From a bacterium (GTDB taxonomy: Archaea > Thermoplasmatota > E2 > JACPAO01 > JAHFTW01), in contig JAZJZE010000011.1 in assembly GCA_040390065.1 (NCBI GenBank), positions 32,001 through 96,000 of the forward strand: DNA of 64,000 nt, written 5' to 3'. Shown here piece after piece: positions 28,781 through 37,970 of this stretch (position 1 is the stretch's first letter; each line of letters opens with the position of its first letter). The notes under the pieces are model-generated. The model had not been told where the DNA came from. It saw only the letters and a program-made list of their open reading frames with translations, and made no database searches. A program made the translations under genes and the position numbers.

Positions 28781-29043
28781 AGGCGTCACAGGTTCCGCGT
28801 GTCAACCGCGGTGTGCCCCACGTTGGCGGACGCGTAGCAAAGGCCGTCTCCATAGCTGTTCTGCGTACAGTAGACGGTGGCCCCGAAGCCCGTGTACGGC
28901 TGGCATGGAACAGGGGCGTCCAGGCAGTCGGGGTAGCGGACACAGCCGTTCAGCTCGTTTCCGGGCAAGATCCAGCAGGCAGGGTACCCGGACGAGCCGT
29001 CGTTGCCGCACGCGTCGGAGCGGAACGCGCACACCCCCGTGTC
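28781..29043. repeat. Direct repeat of 23781-24043
   Basis: See partner copy. Confidence 0.92.
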
Positions 29044-29115
29044 TGCGGTAGCGGTCGGGACTGCTGCGGCCAGCAGAAGCAAGGCGTAGACGATGGCGTA
29101 GCGCATGTTTGGCAC
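28786..29115 (-). CDS. Secreted Cys-rich mini-protein, copy 3 (8 Cys)
   Basis: Signal peptide like copy 1, mature part like copy 2. Confidence 0.88.
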   Translation of the reverse strand: MPNMRYAIVYALLLLAAAVPTATADTGVCAFRSDACGNDGSSGYPACWILPGNELNGCVRYPDCLDAPVPCQPYTGFGATVYCTQNSYGDGLCYASANVGHTAVDTRNL

Positions 29116-29441
29116 CCGATACGCGACAATGGACCCGGTCTATTGAAGCGTCTGGTGAACAAGCCGAGACTGGCCGCGCTCCTCACGACGCATTGCCTGC
29201 GGCGCAGGGAGAGACCACGCAGGGTATCAGGTCCGCCGGCGACGCGCACGTCCATCGACTTTTCTCCTTCAACAGCCGGCGTGGTTTGACTGCATGGTGG
29301 CCCTTGCGCGGCTGACCAACGGCGAGTGGGGCGGCATCGAGGTATTACCGGCGCCGTGGCGCGGCCGGGGACGACCACAGCGTCATTACCAGATAGGAGG
29401 AGGCCTCGGAGGGACCGGTTACAGGTGCCCCGTCTCTCGGC

Positions 29442-31496
29442 ATGTTCACCACACGCCTTTTGACCCGGCCGCTCCAGTCAGTGCGCGTGGCCAGCGGCGG
29501 GGCAATCCGTGTCGCCGTGGCGATTACCCTGCTCGCGGCCGCCGCCGCCTTTGCAGCAGCCCCGCATGGGGCCGTGGTCGAACCTTCGCGGCTCTCGTAT
29601 GGCGACCACGCCGTGTATCACGTTTCTCGATTCGACGACTCGGGCCACGCCGTCTCCAGCCCGGTCCAGCGACTCGACGTCGACGTAGGCGCCACGACGA
29701 CGGTCGCCGATCACGCCGGGCGGCCGCGCCTTGCCACTCCTTTGGAGTTCAGCTTCGGTAAGACTGAAGCCGGGCGCGAGGCACAATTCATTCGCAGCTA
29801 CTGGCTCGACGGCAGCGACGCCGTATCCGTCAGTACCCAAGGCCACATGTGGCGGGGCAAGGCAAGCTTGCCGGCGCTTTCCAATTCCTCCACGGATTCC
29901 ACTCAATCCGTTTCCTGGCACGACATCCTTTGGGACGCCGCACCAATGCCGTGTGGATTCGGGTTGGTTGGACCCGAAAAGGCTGGCGCCGATTGCCGGA
30001 CCCATTGGACGGCCGGCTCGCCGTGGGCCGATGACATTGAGGGCCCTCTGGCTGACCTCTTCGGCTCGCCCGGCCCCGGCCACTCCGCTTACCGCCTCTC
30101 GCTCGTAGGGACTGGCCGCTCGCGCCTCGATTGGTCCACGCCGTCGACGGTGGCGGCCCTGCCTGCGCTCGTACAAGCCCCCCGCTCGATGCAAGGGCCA
30201 GGCGGCACAGGCCCGGGAATCTTCCTTCTCGGCGACGCCCTCCGGGCCATGCAGAACGACCCGGCGGACGCAAGTGCCAGGGACCTTGTCCGACGCCATG
30301 CGGACGCCTACCTGGCGTACGCCCGGTCATACGAGGCGGTCAACGCCGCAGGGCAAACCCAAGTGGCTTGGCACCTCGCCGTCGTCGGCGGTACAGAACG
30401 CGTCGAACGGGCGGTCACCCGCGAAGCAGCTCCAGTTCCTGGCCTGCCGCCCGTCACCCGGGTTGTCCATCCGTCGTCCATGGAGTATGCGATAGACGCT
30501 GCCCCGGCCACCCTGGCCCCATCCTTCCTCGCCCCCTCCCGTATGGCCTCCATCGACTCATTGCAGGTCGCTTTCTTGGCTGCCACGGGCCAGCAGCCTA
30601 CGGGCTGGGGTTTTTCCATCGCCTGCCCCAGCCTTTCCTGCCTGACGATTGACGTCCATGTGCAAGTATTCAAGGAGGAATTGTACCCCGCAGGCGCGAA
30701 CGGCGTTGGCTGGCAACGCAATGTGGCCTCCCGTGACCGCCTCGACGCGTCAGGTGATGGAACATTCTTGGGCCTTGGCCACGCCGCCTTCGGCCAACCC
30801 ACGCCAAACATCCTGGCAACCGGCCCCCTGGGCGAACGCGACCCGGCACAGCCTTCGAGGATGCCTTGGCCGGTCACGCCCGCCACTGTGGCAGCCGGCA
30901 CGCTCGGCCTCCTTGGCGCCATCCTGGCCCTTTCGCCCGCCTGGAAATACGCCGTCGCCCTATTCTCGAGGATTGAGGCATCGCGCATGCTCGACCACCC
31001 GGTGCGGCGAAGGGTCTACGACTTGGTGCAGGAGGATCCAGGAATCCATGCGCGGCTCGTCGCAACGCGCCTGGGCATCGCCGGAAACACGGCGGTCCAT
31101 CACCTCGCTCGGCTCGTCGGCGCCGGCTACATCGGCGAACGCCGCATCGCAGGCTACCACTGCTACTTCCCGCGCTCCGGCCTTGACGAACGCCTGCAAT
31201 CCGCCATTCCAGCTTTGAAATCAAGAGGCGCCACGGCCGTTCTGAACACCGTTGCCGCCCAAGGCTCGCCGTCCTTCCGCAGCCTCATGGCCGCCACAGG
31301 CCTGGGATACGCCACCGTCCACCACCACGCCGAATCCCTTTGGAAGGCAGGCCTGCTTTCCGCCGAGCGTGATGGCCGCACACGGCGCTTCCGCCTCACC
31401 GAACTTGGCCGGCGTATCCAGGAGCAGGCCTTGGCGAGTATCGGGAGGTTCCCCACGCAGCCTAAGAATCCCGCACAGTTGGGTGGACATGCATGA
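29442..31496 (+). CDS. Membrane-spanning one-component regulator: large extracellular domain, TM, tandem wHTH
   Basis: Signal-like N-terminus; TM followed by LFSRI...LDHPVRRRVYDLVQEDPGIH; second wHTH ATGLGYATVHHHAESLWKAGLL. Confidence 0.88.
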   Translation: MFTTRLLTRPLQSVRVASGGAIRVAVAITLLAAAAAFAAAPHGAVVEPSRLSYGDHAVYHVSRFDDSGHAVSSPVQRLDVDVGATTTVADHAGRPRLATPLEFSFGKTEAGREAQFIRSYWLDGSDAVSVSTQGHMWRGKASLPALSNSSTDSTQSVSWHDILWDAAPMPCGFGLVGPEKAGADCRTHWTAGSPWADDIEGPLADLFGSPGPGHSAYRLSLVGTGRSRLDWSTPSTVAALPALVQAPRSMQGPGGTGPGIFLLGDALRAMQNDPADASARDLVRRHADAYLAYARSYEAVNAAGQTQVAWHLAVVGGTERVERAVTREAAPVPGLPPVTRVVHPSSMEYAIDAAPATLAPSFLAPSRMASIDSLQVAFLAATGQQPTGWGFSIACPSLSCLTIDVHVQVFKEELYPAGANGVGWQRNVASRDRLDASGDGTFLGLGHAAFGQPTPNILATGPLGERDPAQPSRMPWPVTPATVAAGTLGLLGAILALSPAWKYAVALFSRIEASRMLDHPVRRRVYDLVQEDPGIHARLVATRLGIAGNTAVHHLARLVGAGYIGERRIAGYHCYFPRSGLDERLQSAIPALKSRGATAVLNTVAAQGSPSFRSLMAATGLGYATVHHHAESLWKAGLLSAERDGRTRRFRLTELGRRIQEQALASIGRFPTQPKNPAQLGGHA

Positions 31497-32608
31497 AGCT
31501 GGTTCCCATCGCCGTGCTCTCCCTACTCGTCGCCGGATGCGCGACGCCCAATCACCCGACGACCGCCGAGTCGACGGATCCAATCATCGTGTCAGCTCCC
31601 GATGATTACTCGTACCTCAACCAGACGAACCAGGCCAACCGCTCCCACATCCACGACTACTGGGGAGGCCGGACACAGCTGACCGAAATGGACACCAACA
31701 GGAGTGGCCGCGAGCAATGGGTCACCACGGGGAACTCGGCCACGCAGTGGAACCTTGAAGACTTCGTCCTGCCCCCGGGCAGCGTGATTCCCCAAGGAAC
31801 TGCCGCCGTGACCGTCACAGTGACCATCACGCCGGCGGCCGGCGACAAGTACCGGGACGTGTCGCTGACATACCGCACCGCCGCTGGCGCCGATAACGTG
31901 ACCGGGCCCCTTCCCGCGGACAAACCCATCCGCATCGCCACGCTGGCCGCCGATGCCGACTTGCCGCACCAGATGCTCTCGGCCTGGCGATTTCGCGTCA
32001 GTGCCGCCGGAGACGGCTACCTCCGCCTGACGGGAAACATCCGCTTCCAGGTGGTCGCCGAACGAGGTTTGCCGATTCCCTTGTACCCTGGTCACCCGGA
32101 CCAGTGGAACGGCACGCGGCAGATCGAACTCTTTTCCGACGCCGGCGAACTGGAGGATGTCTACGTGCCCCCCGGCGTCGTGCCCGGCTCGCCCGAAGTC
32201 TGTTCATCCCTCCCGCCGAGTGGAAACTGCGTGTGGCTGCACCTCCCGTCGGCGGGGGCCATCGTGCCGGTGGATGCCTGGTACGTTGGCGTCGAGGTTG
32301 AAGCAGCCGGGACGCCGCAGCCCAGCTTTGACTTGTACTATCACGGCGCAGATGCATGGGATTTGACCAAGGCCGAACCGGCCCAGCACACAGGGTCGAA
32401 GACCACGTACGAGATTCCGTTGAAAGGCAACGGCGACGGCCCGTATTCCCGGCTGAGCCTGTGGGAGTTCGCCTTGTACGGCACGACCCGGGCCCTGGAG
32501 ACCGGCTCCTTCAAGATCACCGCAATCGCGTATCACGATGCGCCCCTGGGCCCGGCAACTGCCCCGGATCTTGGAACCGCCTCGGGTTCCCCTGGGTGGG
32601 TTACCTAG
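31493..32608 (+). CDS. Lipoprotein with two related beta domains
   Basis: Lipobox VAGC; ATGA overlap with the upstream regulator; HIHDYWGG motif; internal duplication (PPGSVIP...DAD...LSAWRF and SAGAIVP...GDG...LSLWEF). Confidence 0.85.
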   Translation: MKLVPIAVLSLLVAGCATPNHPTTAESTDPIIVSAPDDYSYLNQTNQANRSHIHDYWGGRTQLTEMDTNRSGREQWVTTGNSATQWNLEDFVLPPGSVIPQGTAAVTVTVTITPAAGDKYRDVSLTYRTAAGADNVTGPLPADKPIRIATLAADADLPHQMLSAWRFRVSAAGDGYLRLTGNIRFQVVAERGLPIPLYPGHPDQWNGTRQIELFSDAGELEDVYVPPGVVPGSPEVCSSLPPSGNCVWLHLPSAGAIVPVDAWYVGVEVEAAGTPQPSFDLYYHGADAWDLTKAEPAQHTGSKTTYEIPLKGNGDGPYSRLSLWEFALYGTTRALETGSFKITAIAYHDAPLGPATAPDLGTASGSPGWVT

Positions 32609-32637
32609 TGTGCGAGTACTGGATCGACGCTTCTGAC

Positions 32638-32990
32638 TCACGCTCGCAGGCCATCAATGAACCCCAGGAGCAAGAGGTACAGAGCGCCCGTTGCACTGAG
32701 GAGGCGGTTGCGTCCAGTTGCCAGAAGCACGATGGGGGGATGGCCACCGCCAGCATGGCGAAGCCCAGAACAATCGCGGTCAGGTCCAGCGGCGTCAGGG
32801 AATGTTGAGCCCCCTTCTACTCACAATAGATGGTCCCGTGAATGGTTCCCACCCCTTGGCCATTAGGGTTCAGGAAATACTCGGCCACGAAGATCGGTTC
32901 GGTGCTTCCGGTCGGCCTGCCATCGTGGGGGGGCGACGCGCCATATCCTCGTGGCTTGTGCGCGCCGTAGCCGTTACGTTCGCCGACCAT
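32638..32990 (-). pseudogene. Decayed membrane-protein remnant
   Basis: ...GTIHGTIYCE*KGAQHSLTPLDLTAIVLGFAMLAVAIP, then a frameshift at the G6 tract 32734-32739 into IVLLATGRNRLLSATGALYLLLLGFIDGLRA*. Confidence 0.35.
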
Positions 32991-33056
32991 GAGTGGGGAA
33001 GTCGTGGGGCACCTTTCATCCAATACTCCTAAAAGAAAGGGCCTGCTTTCCTCGCA

Positions 33057-33983
33057 ATGCCCGCCGTTGCGTCGAAGGGGCCCGCCGTTCGGGAACCATC
33101 CGGCATCATCGTGGAGGAGCTCGGGCCGACGTATGCGTTCCCCATGGAGGTCAGCCGTCCAATCCTTGACACGCTGGATGCCTTTGGCCCCCACGCTCAC
33201 AACCTTGTCTCGCTCGACACTCTGTACGCCACGGCGGTCGCGCAGGTGCCCGAGCTGGCGCGCGGCGAGTTGACTCGCGCCTACTGCTCCACGACCTCAT
33301 ACCGAAATCGTTTCCAGGACATTGCCAACCGGTTCAAGGACGCCGTCAGCGGCACGAAGGTCAGCAAGACGGAGCCCGAGCAGACGATTTGGATTCCCAT
33401 GACTGAATTGCACTGCCCGGCGGCCATTGGCTGCACGGCCAAATGGACCCGTGCGGCGTCGTCGGAGCGGGATGCCAATGTTGGGATTCGAATTGCTGGC
33501 TTGGGCAGCGAACTGTCCTTTTCCAGGAAATTCGGCTTCAACCGGTCAACCACGACGCCGGTGTGCGCACGAATCGAGTTGGCCGCGAAAGGCGTCCTGG
33601 AGCACTGCACCCGGTCGGATGGATCGCGATTCACACGAATCCGGATAACCGCGATTCAGGACACTGAACGCCGAACTCCATTGGGAGACGAAGCCGACGG
33701 ATGCCAACATCTTCCCGCCGACCGCGAGGCGCCCTGGGCGTCGAGCCGCGAGGAGTTCAACCTCATCGCGGGCATGACCGAAGACCGCGGACTTGATGTC
33801 GAAGCGGGCCACGCAGCTGATTTTGACTTCAAGGTCGACGTCGGGCTGTTCAGTTTCAATCCTAAGGCCTCGGTCAAGCTACTGCGTTCGACGACGTACG
33901 ACTACCACTTTGACGGCGCCCGCACATTTACTGGCTACTTGCCCAAGGGTCGGCTATCCCACCTATGGGCGACCTCGACCTAG
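33057..33983 (+). CDS. Hypothetical cytoplasmic protein with two amphipathic beta-hairpins
   Basis: 308-aa ORF; alternating-pattern segments ANVGIRIAGLGSELSFSRKFGF and ADFDFKVDVGLFSFNPKASVKL. Confidence 0.75.
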   Translation: MPAVASKGPAVREPSGIIVEELGPTYAFPMEVSRPILDTLDAFGPHAHNLVSLDTLYATAVAQVPELARGELTRAYCSTTSYRNRFQDIANRFKDAVSGTKVSKTEPEQTIWIPMTELHCPAAIGCTAKWTRAASSERDANVGIRIAGLGSELSFSRKFGFNRSTTTPVCARIELAAKGVLEHCTRSDGSRFTRIRITAIQDTERRTPLGDEADGCQHLPADREAPWASSREEFNLIAGMTEDRGLDVEAGHAADFDFKVDVGLFSFNPKASVKLLRSTTYDYHFDGARTFTGYLPKGRLSHLWATST

Positions 33984-34638
33984 CCCAAGGGAACCGGGGA
34001 GGCCGGACCTTGGCCTTCGTCCGGACATCCCGGAGTGCTGCACAAGCTGCCCGGCAGCGTGGAGCTATCCCCAACCGGGTTGTGAGTACCGCGGGGAGGC
34101 GACGCGCCATATCCCTTCGTGGCTTGTGCCCGTCGGCTGGGCTCCCATGGTGTAGCCTACAAATCTCCGCCCTGGGAGAATGCCGGTTCGATAAGAAGCG
34201 CCTTGGCGAAAGCGGTGGCATCGCATCCAAAAGGGGGTTGCATGCCGGCATGAGCCACCGTAACCCCTTGGCAGGAAATCACGTGACGGCAGGATCTGGA
34301 CGCTATTCTGAATGAAGCCGCCAAACCGCGCGCGGAAAAGTTCCACCCTCAGGCGGGCGCCTTGGCTTTTGTCGAATGGCCTGTCCCCCAGGGGTTGTCG
34401 CAAGTGAGGGGCCTGCGACGGCAGGCGCCAGGAGGATCTGGCGCGGGTGAAAACCGGCCCTAGCGTCAACGGCATCTGGCGGTAGGATTACGTGGGGACT
34501 TGGGTGGACAAGCCAGGCGCCTTCCGGGCATGGGCCGAGCAAGAGAACCATGACTTCTTCGACGGCCGAGCAGTTCGCATGGCAATCGCATGAATCCGGA
34601 ATCGCCTTATGTGGAGGGCCATCGGCCATGCTTGACGG

Positions 34639-37263
34639 GTGGGCCTTGCTGCGTACTTAGGTACCCGGCCCGCGCACGGGACGCAACCGCGGCTAACATC
34701 TAGCTCGATTACCGCCAGGCTTGGGGATAATCTTGAAGTATTTGTTCAGCCGTCATTGGCATACTTGAACCAGGGAGGTAACTGGGAAGGGCATCTCGAC
34801 CGGTTCGGCGACGCCGCTCGCAAGGCGCTGTTATCCGTAGAGCCCAAACTGGAGTACGTCCACCGCGAACGAGCGGTTCTCCTGCTGCGCCTCCTGGTGG
34901 CCGCCGAATTGGCAAGGGTGCAGCTGACAATCGGCCAGATTCGGAACGCCAAACTGGTTCCTGCGCAAGCGACAACAGAGGGCAAGATCCTCCAGAACGA
35001 GCACCGGCGCTTTCGGGACACATACTCCAAGAGCGACGCGTCCGGCCGCCCGCTGGTAATCGATGACAACACGTTTGGCCGCCTGGTTTCCCGTTTGGAG
35101 AGGGCGGGTCTCGTACGCAAGGATCAACTGGGGCGCGAGGCGTACCTACACATCGGCGCTGCTCTGGACGACGCTTGGATTGCGGCGAAGACGGTGCCTG
35201 CCCCCGAATCAAAGCTGGAGGAGGGCCCATCCATCGCGGAGACCGGCTTGGACGTAACGGCGCTGCCCGAATTCGAGATTGACCGCACGAAGAAGAATGC
35301 CCCCGCGCACTTGACCTTGCGCTGGAACGGCAAGGCCCAGCCCGCCCGCCTATCGACCGACTTGACGGCGCCCGGCATGCCGCGCGATTGCTACGTTCTG
35401 ACTCGCCAACAATTCAGCAGGTTTGGCGGCTTTGAGGATGCCGCGTTCCACGGCGTCGGCGCCGCGCTACAGGCGCTGCGCGACCAGCTAATGGCGGTCG
35501 GTAGCGCCAACGACAGCCGTCTGGACCACGAAAAGCGGCTTGCGCTCAATTGGAAGCGGCGAGACCTGTTGCCGGCCGGCCGCCTCGTTACCATTTTCAC
35601 GTATGGCGAGGTCCCGGCGGTCCAAGTGGGCCGCGTGGTTCAAGATGGAATCCAATACAAAGTAGTCGTCTTCGATAATCTCAAAGACACCGGGATTCCA
35701 GGCCGCTCCTCGGACATCGACCAGATTGTGCGGCGGTTGGCGTGCCGCCGGGCCTGCGGCTTCGACCACGTAATGAAGGACTACTGTACGGAGCTGGCAG
35801 AGACATTGCACGAAATCTGCACATGCTCGGACAAGCCTCGGGCGGCCCGTCTTGCGCGCCGTCTTGAGAAGCGATACAGCGAAAGCATCAACTCCAAGCT
35901 TGGCGAAATCAAACGGGCCAAGAAGGATGTCCGGCGCGCCGCCGAGGGGCGCCTGCGCGTCCGTTTCTCACCGGCTGAGCTTGATTTGGTCGATTCCTTC
36001 CGGCGCGACCACGCGGACCTCGTCGCGGTCTTGGAATCTCTAGGTCCGTTTCTCGCCTTTGTATCGGCCGCCATTCGCGAGCGCCTCCTGGGTTTCGGCA
36101 GCACACGTTATCCGCTGGCTTGGTACAGAAAGGCGGCCGAGGGCGCCATGGAACCGCCTCCAACAGAGGACTCCGATCTCATGGCCCTCCATGAAGCAAT
36201 GCGGTCCTTCCTCGCCTTCGCGTCGCCGACCCGGCAGGCCACTCTTGGAACGTGGGAACACAAGCTGATTCGCAATCTGGACTTCCTTTCCCAAGCCCTG
36301 CGTGACGGACGCGACTTCCAGGCGCTCCGCGTTCACGTGAAGTGCGCCCACTTGCCGGAATCCACCGCGTCGATTCTCTTCCGCCGAACATTGCAATCCT
36401 ATCTCCAAGCTTTGCCGACCGTCGGCGGTGGCCCGAAGGTGGCGCTCCTGCCAGCCCGTCCAGACTCCAAGGAGGACGACCGCATCGACGTCTGGCTTTG
36501 CGACGGCATGCTAATCCACGTTCCGGCCCACGCATGGGACCAGCTTCACCATCGCCAGCTCCCGTTTGGCCCGCTCGTCGAAGCCGCCGTACAGGCCATG
36601 CGGCGCGACAAACCGGTTTTCTTCGTGCTGGAACATGCGGAACAGTCGAAGGACCTGTTCCGTGCTGCCATGGATGACGCGCTGGTGAACGGCCGTCTCA
36701 ATCCCGACGAAGCCACTCGCCTAAACTGGTACCTGAACTCCGCCCATACAAAGTCGGTGCCGTCGCTGGACGAGCTGGACGCCAACTCCGATGCAAACCT
36801 GCTTGGGATCCTACAGCAGATAGCCGAATTGTACGTGAAAGGTCGGCTGCAAGCGGTTCGTCTTTCGTTCCCCCGCTCGCAGTGGCGCGTCGTGCGCGCC
36901 ATCGGCAAGGCAGGCCCTCCCAAAGTAGGGCTAGCGGACGTCCGCCGGGCGTTGGCCGAAGACCCTGTCTTTCTAGAAGATGGCGTGCACGACGACCGAG
37001 GGGAACTCGACGCTAGCAGCACGCTCGACCGAGCTCGCACCATGCTGCTCGGTTTCCGGGTCCTCGGCCGCGGCGGCCAAGTAGAGGACGGTTTGGCAAT
37101 TCTCCAGGAAGACCTGGAGAACGGCTGGTTGCGCCATCTGCTACACGAAGCGGGTGACCAGATGGCTGACAGCACAGGATTCGCCATGGACCTGCGGGAT
37201 TTTGTTCAGAAGCTGGTCCTTGAAGAGGATCTCGACGAGCCAGGCAACCTGGCAAACCACTAA
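34639..37263 (+). CDS. Large hypothetical protein: N-terminal wHTH, NDT/TIR-like domain, C-terminal helical or HTH region
   Basis: DNTFGRLVSRLERAGLVRKDQLGREAYLHI (wHTH); DRIDVWLCDGMLI...GPLVEAAVQAMRRDKPVFFV (nucleoside deoxyribosyltransferase-like pattern). Start is uncertain. Confidence 0.8.
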   Translation: MGLAAYLGTRPAHGTQPRLTSSSITARLGDNLEVFVQPSLAYLNQGGNWEGHLDRFGDAARKALLSVEPKLEYVHRERAVLLLRLLVAAELARVQLTIGQIRNAKLVPAQATTEGKILQNEHRRFRDTYSKSDASGRPLVIDDNTFGRLVSRLERAGLVRKDQLGREAYLHIGAALDDAWIAAKTVPAPESKLEEGPSIAETGLDVTALPEFEIDRTKKNAPAHLTLRWNGKAQPARLSTDLTAPGMPRDCYVLTRQQFSRFGGFEDAAFHGVGAALQALRDQLMAVGSANDSRLDHEKRLALNWKRRDLLPAGRLVTIFTYGEVPAVQVGRVVQDGIQYKVVVFDNLKDTGIPGRSSDIDQIVRRLACRRACGFDHVMKDYCTELAETLHEICTCSDKPRAARLARRLEKRYSESINSKLGEIKRAKKDVRRAAEGRLRVRFSPAELDLVDSFRRDHADLVAVLESLGPFLAFVSAAIRERLLGFGSTRYPLAWYRKAAEGAMEPPPTEDSDLMALHEAMRSFLAFASPTRQATLGTWEHKLIRNLDFLSQALRDGRDFQALRVHVKCAHLPESTASILFRRTLQSYLQALPTVGGGPKVALLPARPDSKEDDRIDVWLCDGMLIHVPAHAWDQLHHRQLPFGPLVEAAVQAMRRDKPVFFVLEHAEQSKDLFRAAMDDALVNGRLNPDEATRLNWYLNSAHTKSVPSLDELDANSDANLLGILQQIAELYVKGRLQAVRLSFPRSQWRVVRAIGKAGPPKVGLADVRRALAEDPVFLEDGVHDDRGELDASSTLDRARTMLLGFRVLGRGGQVEDGLAILQEDLENGWLRHLLHEAGDQMADSTGFAMDLRDFVQKLVLEEDLDEPGNLANH

Positions 37264-37275
37264 GGAGTAACCACA

Positions 37276-37554
37276 ATGGATAATCCCCACCCTGCAAGAG
37301 CGCCAAAGCCCCGCGACGGGACCACGGGCACCTTCCTCGTGCCGCGCGACCCAGCCAAAATTGAACGACGCGCCGAGTATATCGTAAAGGTCGAGAACTT
37401 CGGGGATGGCTTTACCGGTTACTGCAAGGGGAAGGCGCTCTACGTCGGTGTACCCCCCGGCAAGCTTGTGGTGGAGGTGTCGCGTGAGAAGCATGTGCGT
37501 TTGACTAGCGAGGCCGTTCAACGTGGCTTGGCCCTAGTCTACTTCCGTGGATGA
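37276..37554 (+). CDS. Small TRAM/OB-fold-like protein
   Basis: SD AAGGAG upstream, 12 nt after the previous stop. EYIVKVENFGDGFTGYCKGKALYVGVPPG resembles TRAM domains. Confidence 0.65.
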   Translation: MDNPHPARAPKPRDGTTGTFLVPRDPAKIERRAEYIVKVENFGDGFTGYCKGKALYVGVPPGKLVVEVSREKHVRLTSEAVQRGLALVYFRG

Positions 37555-37970
37555 ACTCGGGCGATGCTGCGACCTTGGGTCGCGAGGCCTGCGAAATCCG
37601 TCCGTCGAGGTGGGGCGAAGCCGATTCGAAAAACGGTGACGACGTGGGATGAAGTTTCAATGCCCCAGCACCTTGCGGCGGCCGCCGTGTTCCCGTTGTC
37701 GTGGCCGCCGCCACGTCGCCCTGGTGCCGCGCACGTGACGCGCCGACCGCCTGGCATCCGACTCGGGCCGTCTTTCCTGAGATCTCGTCCCCAAATTCCT
37801 CAGGACTTGCGCTCGAGCGTGCCGGGCGTACAGTCCTCGGAAGGGATAGGTTCATGGGTCCCGCTCGTCCGCGGTGACCGCTCCTCTGCCCAACGCACTT
37901 GTCGCTCTAGCGCGAACCGCCTAGGACGGCAAACGTTGCAGTAGAACGGCTCAATGAGGACGGGCCGCTA

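Noticed and set aside
23781-29043. Exactly 5000-bp-spaced duplicate as an assembly artefact
   Set aside because: The copies differ at about 15 positions, roughly half synonymous, and have different signal peptides, which fits real paralogs.
32817-32819. In-frame TAG (also 50795-50797) as pyrrolysine read-through
   Set aside because: Many intact genes here end in TAG, the 32.7-kb remnant also carries a frameshift, and no pyl genes are in view. The HEPN interruption is TAA.
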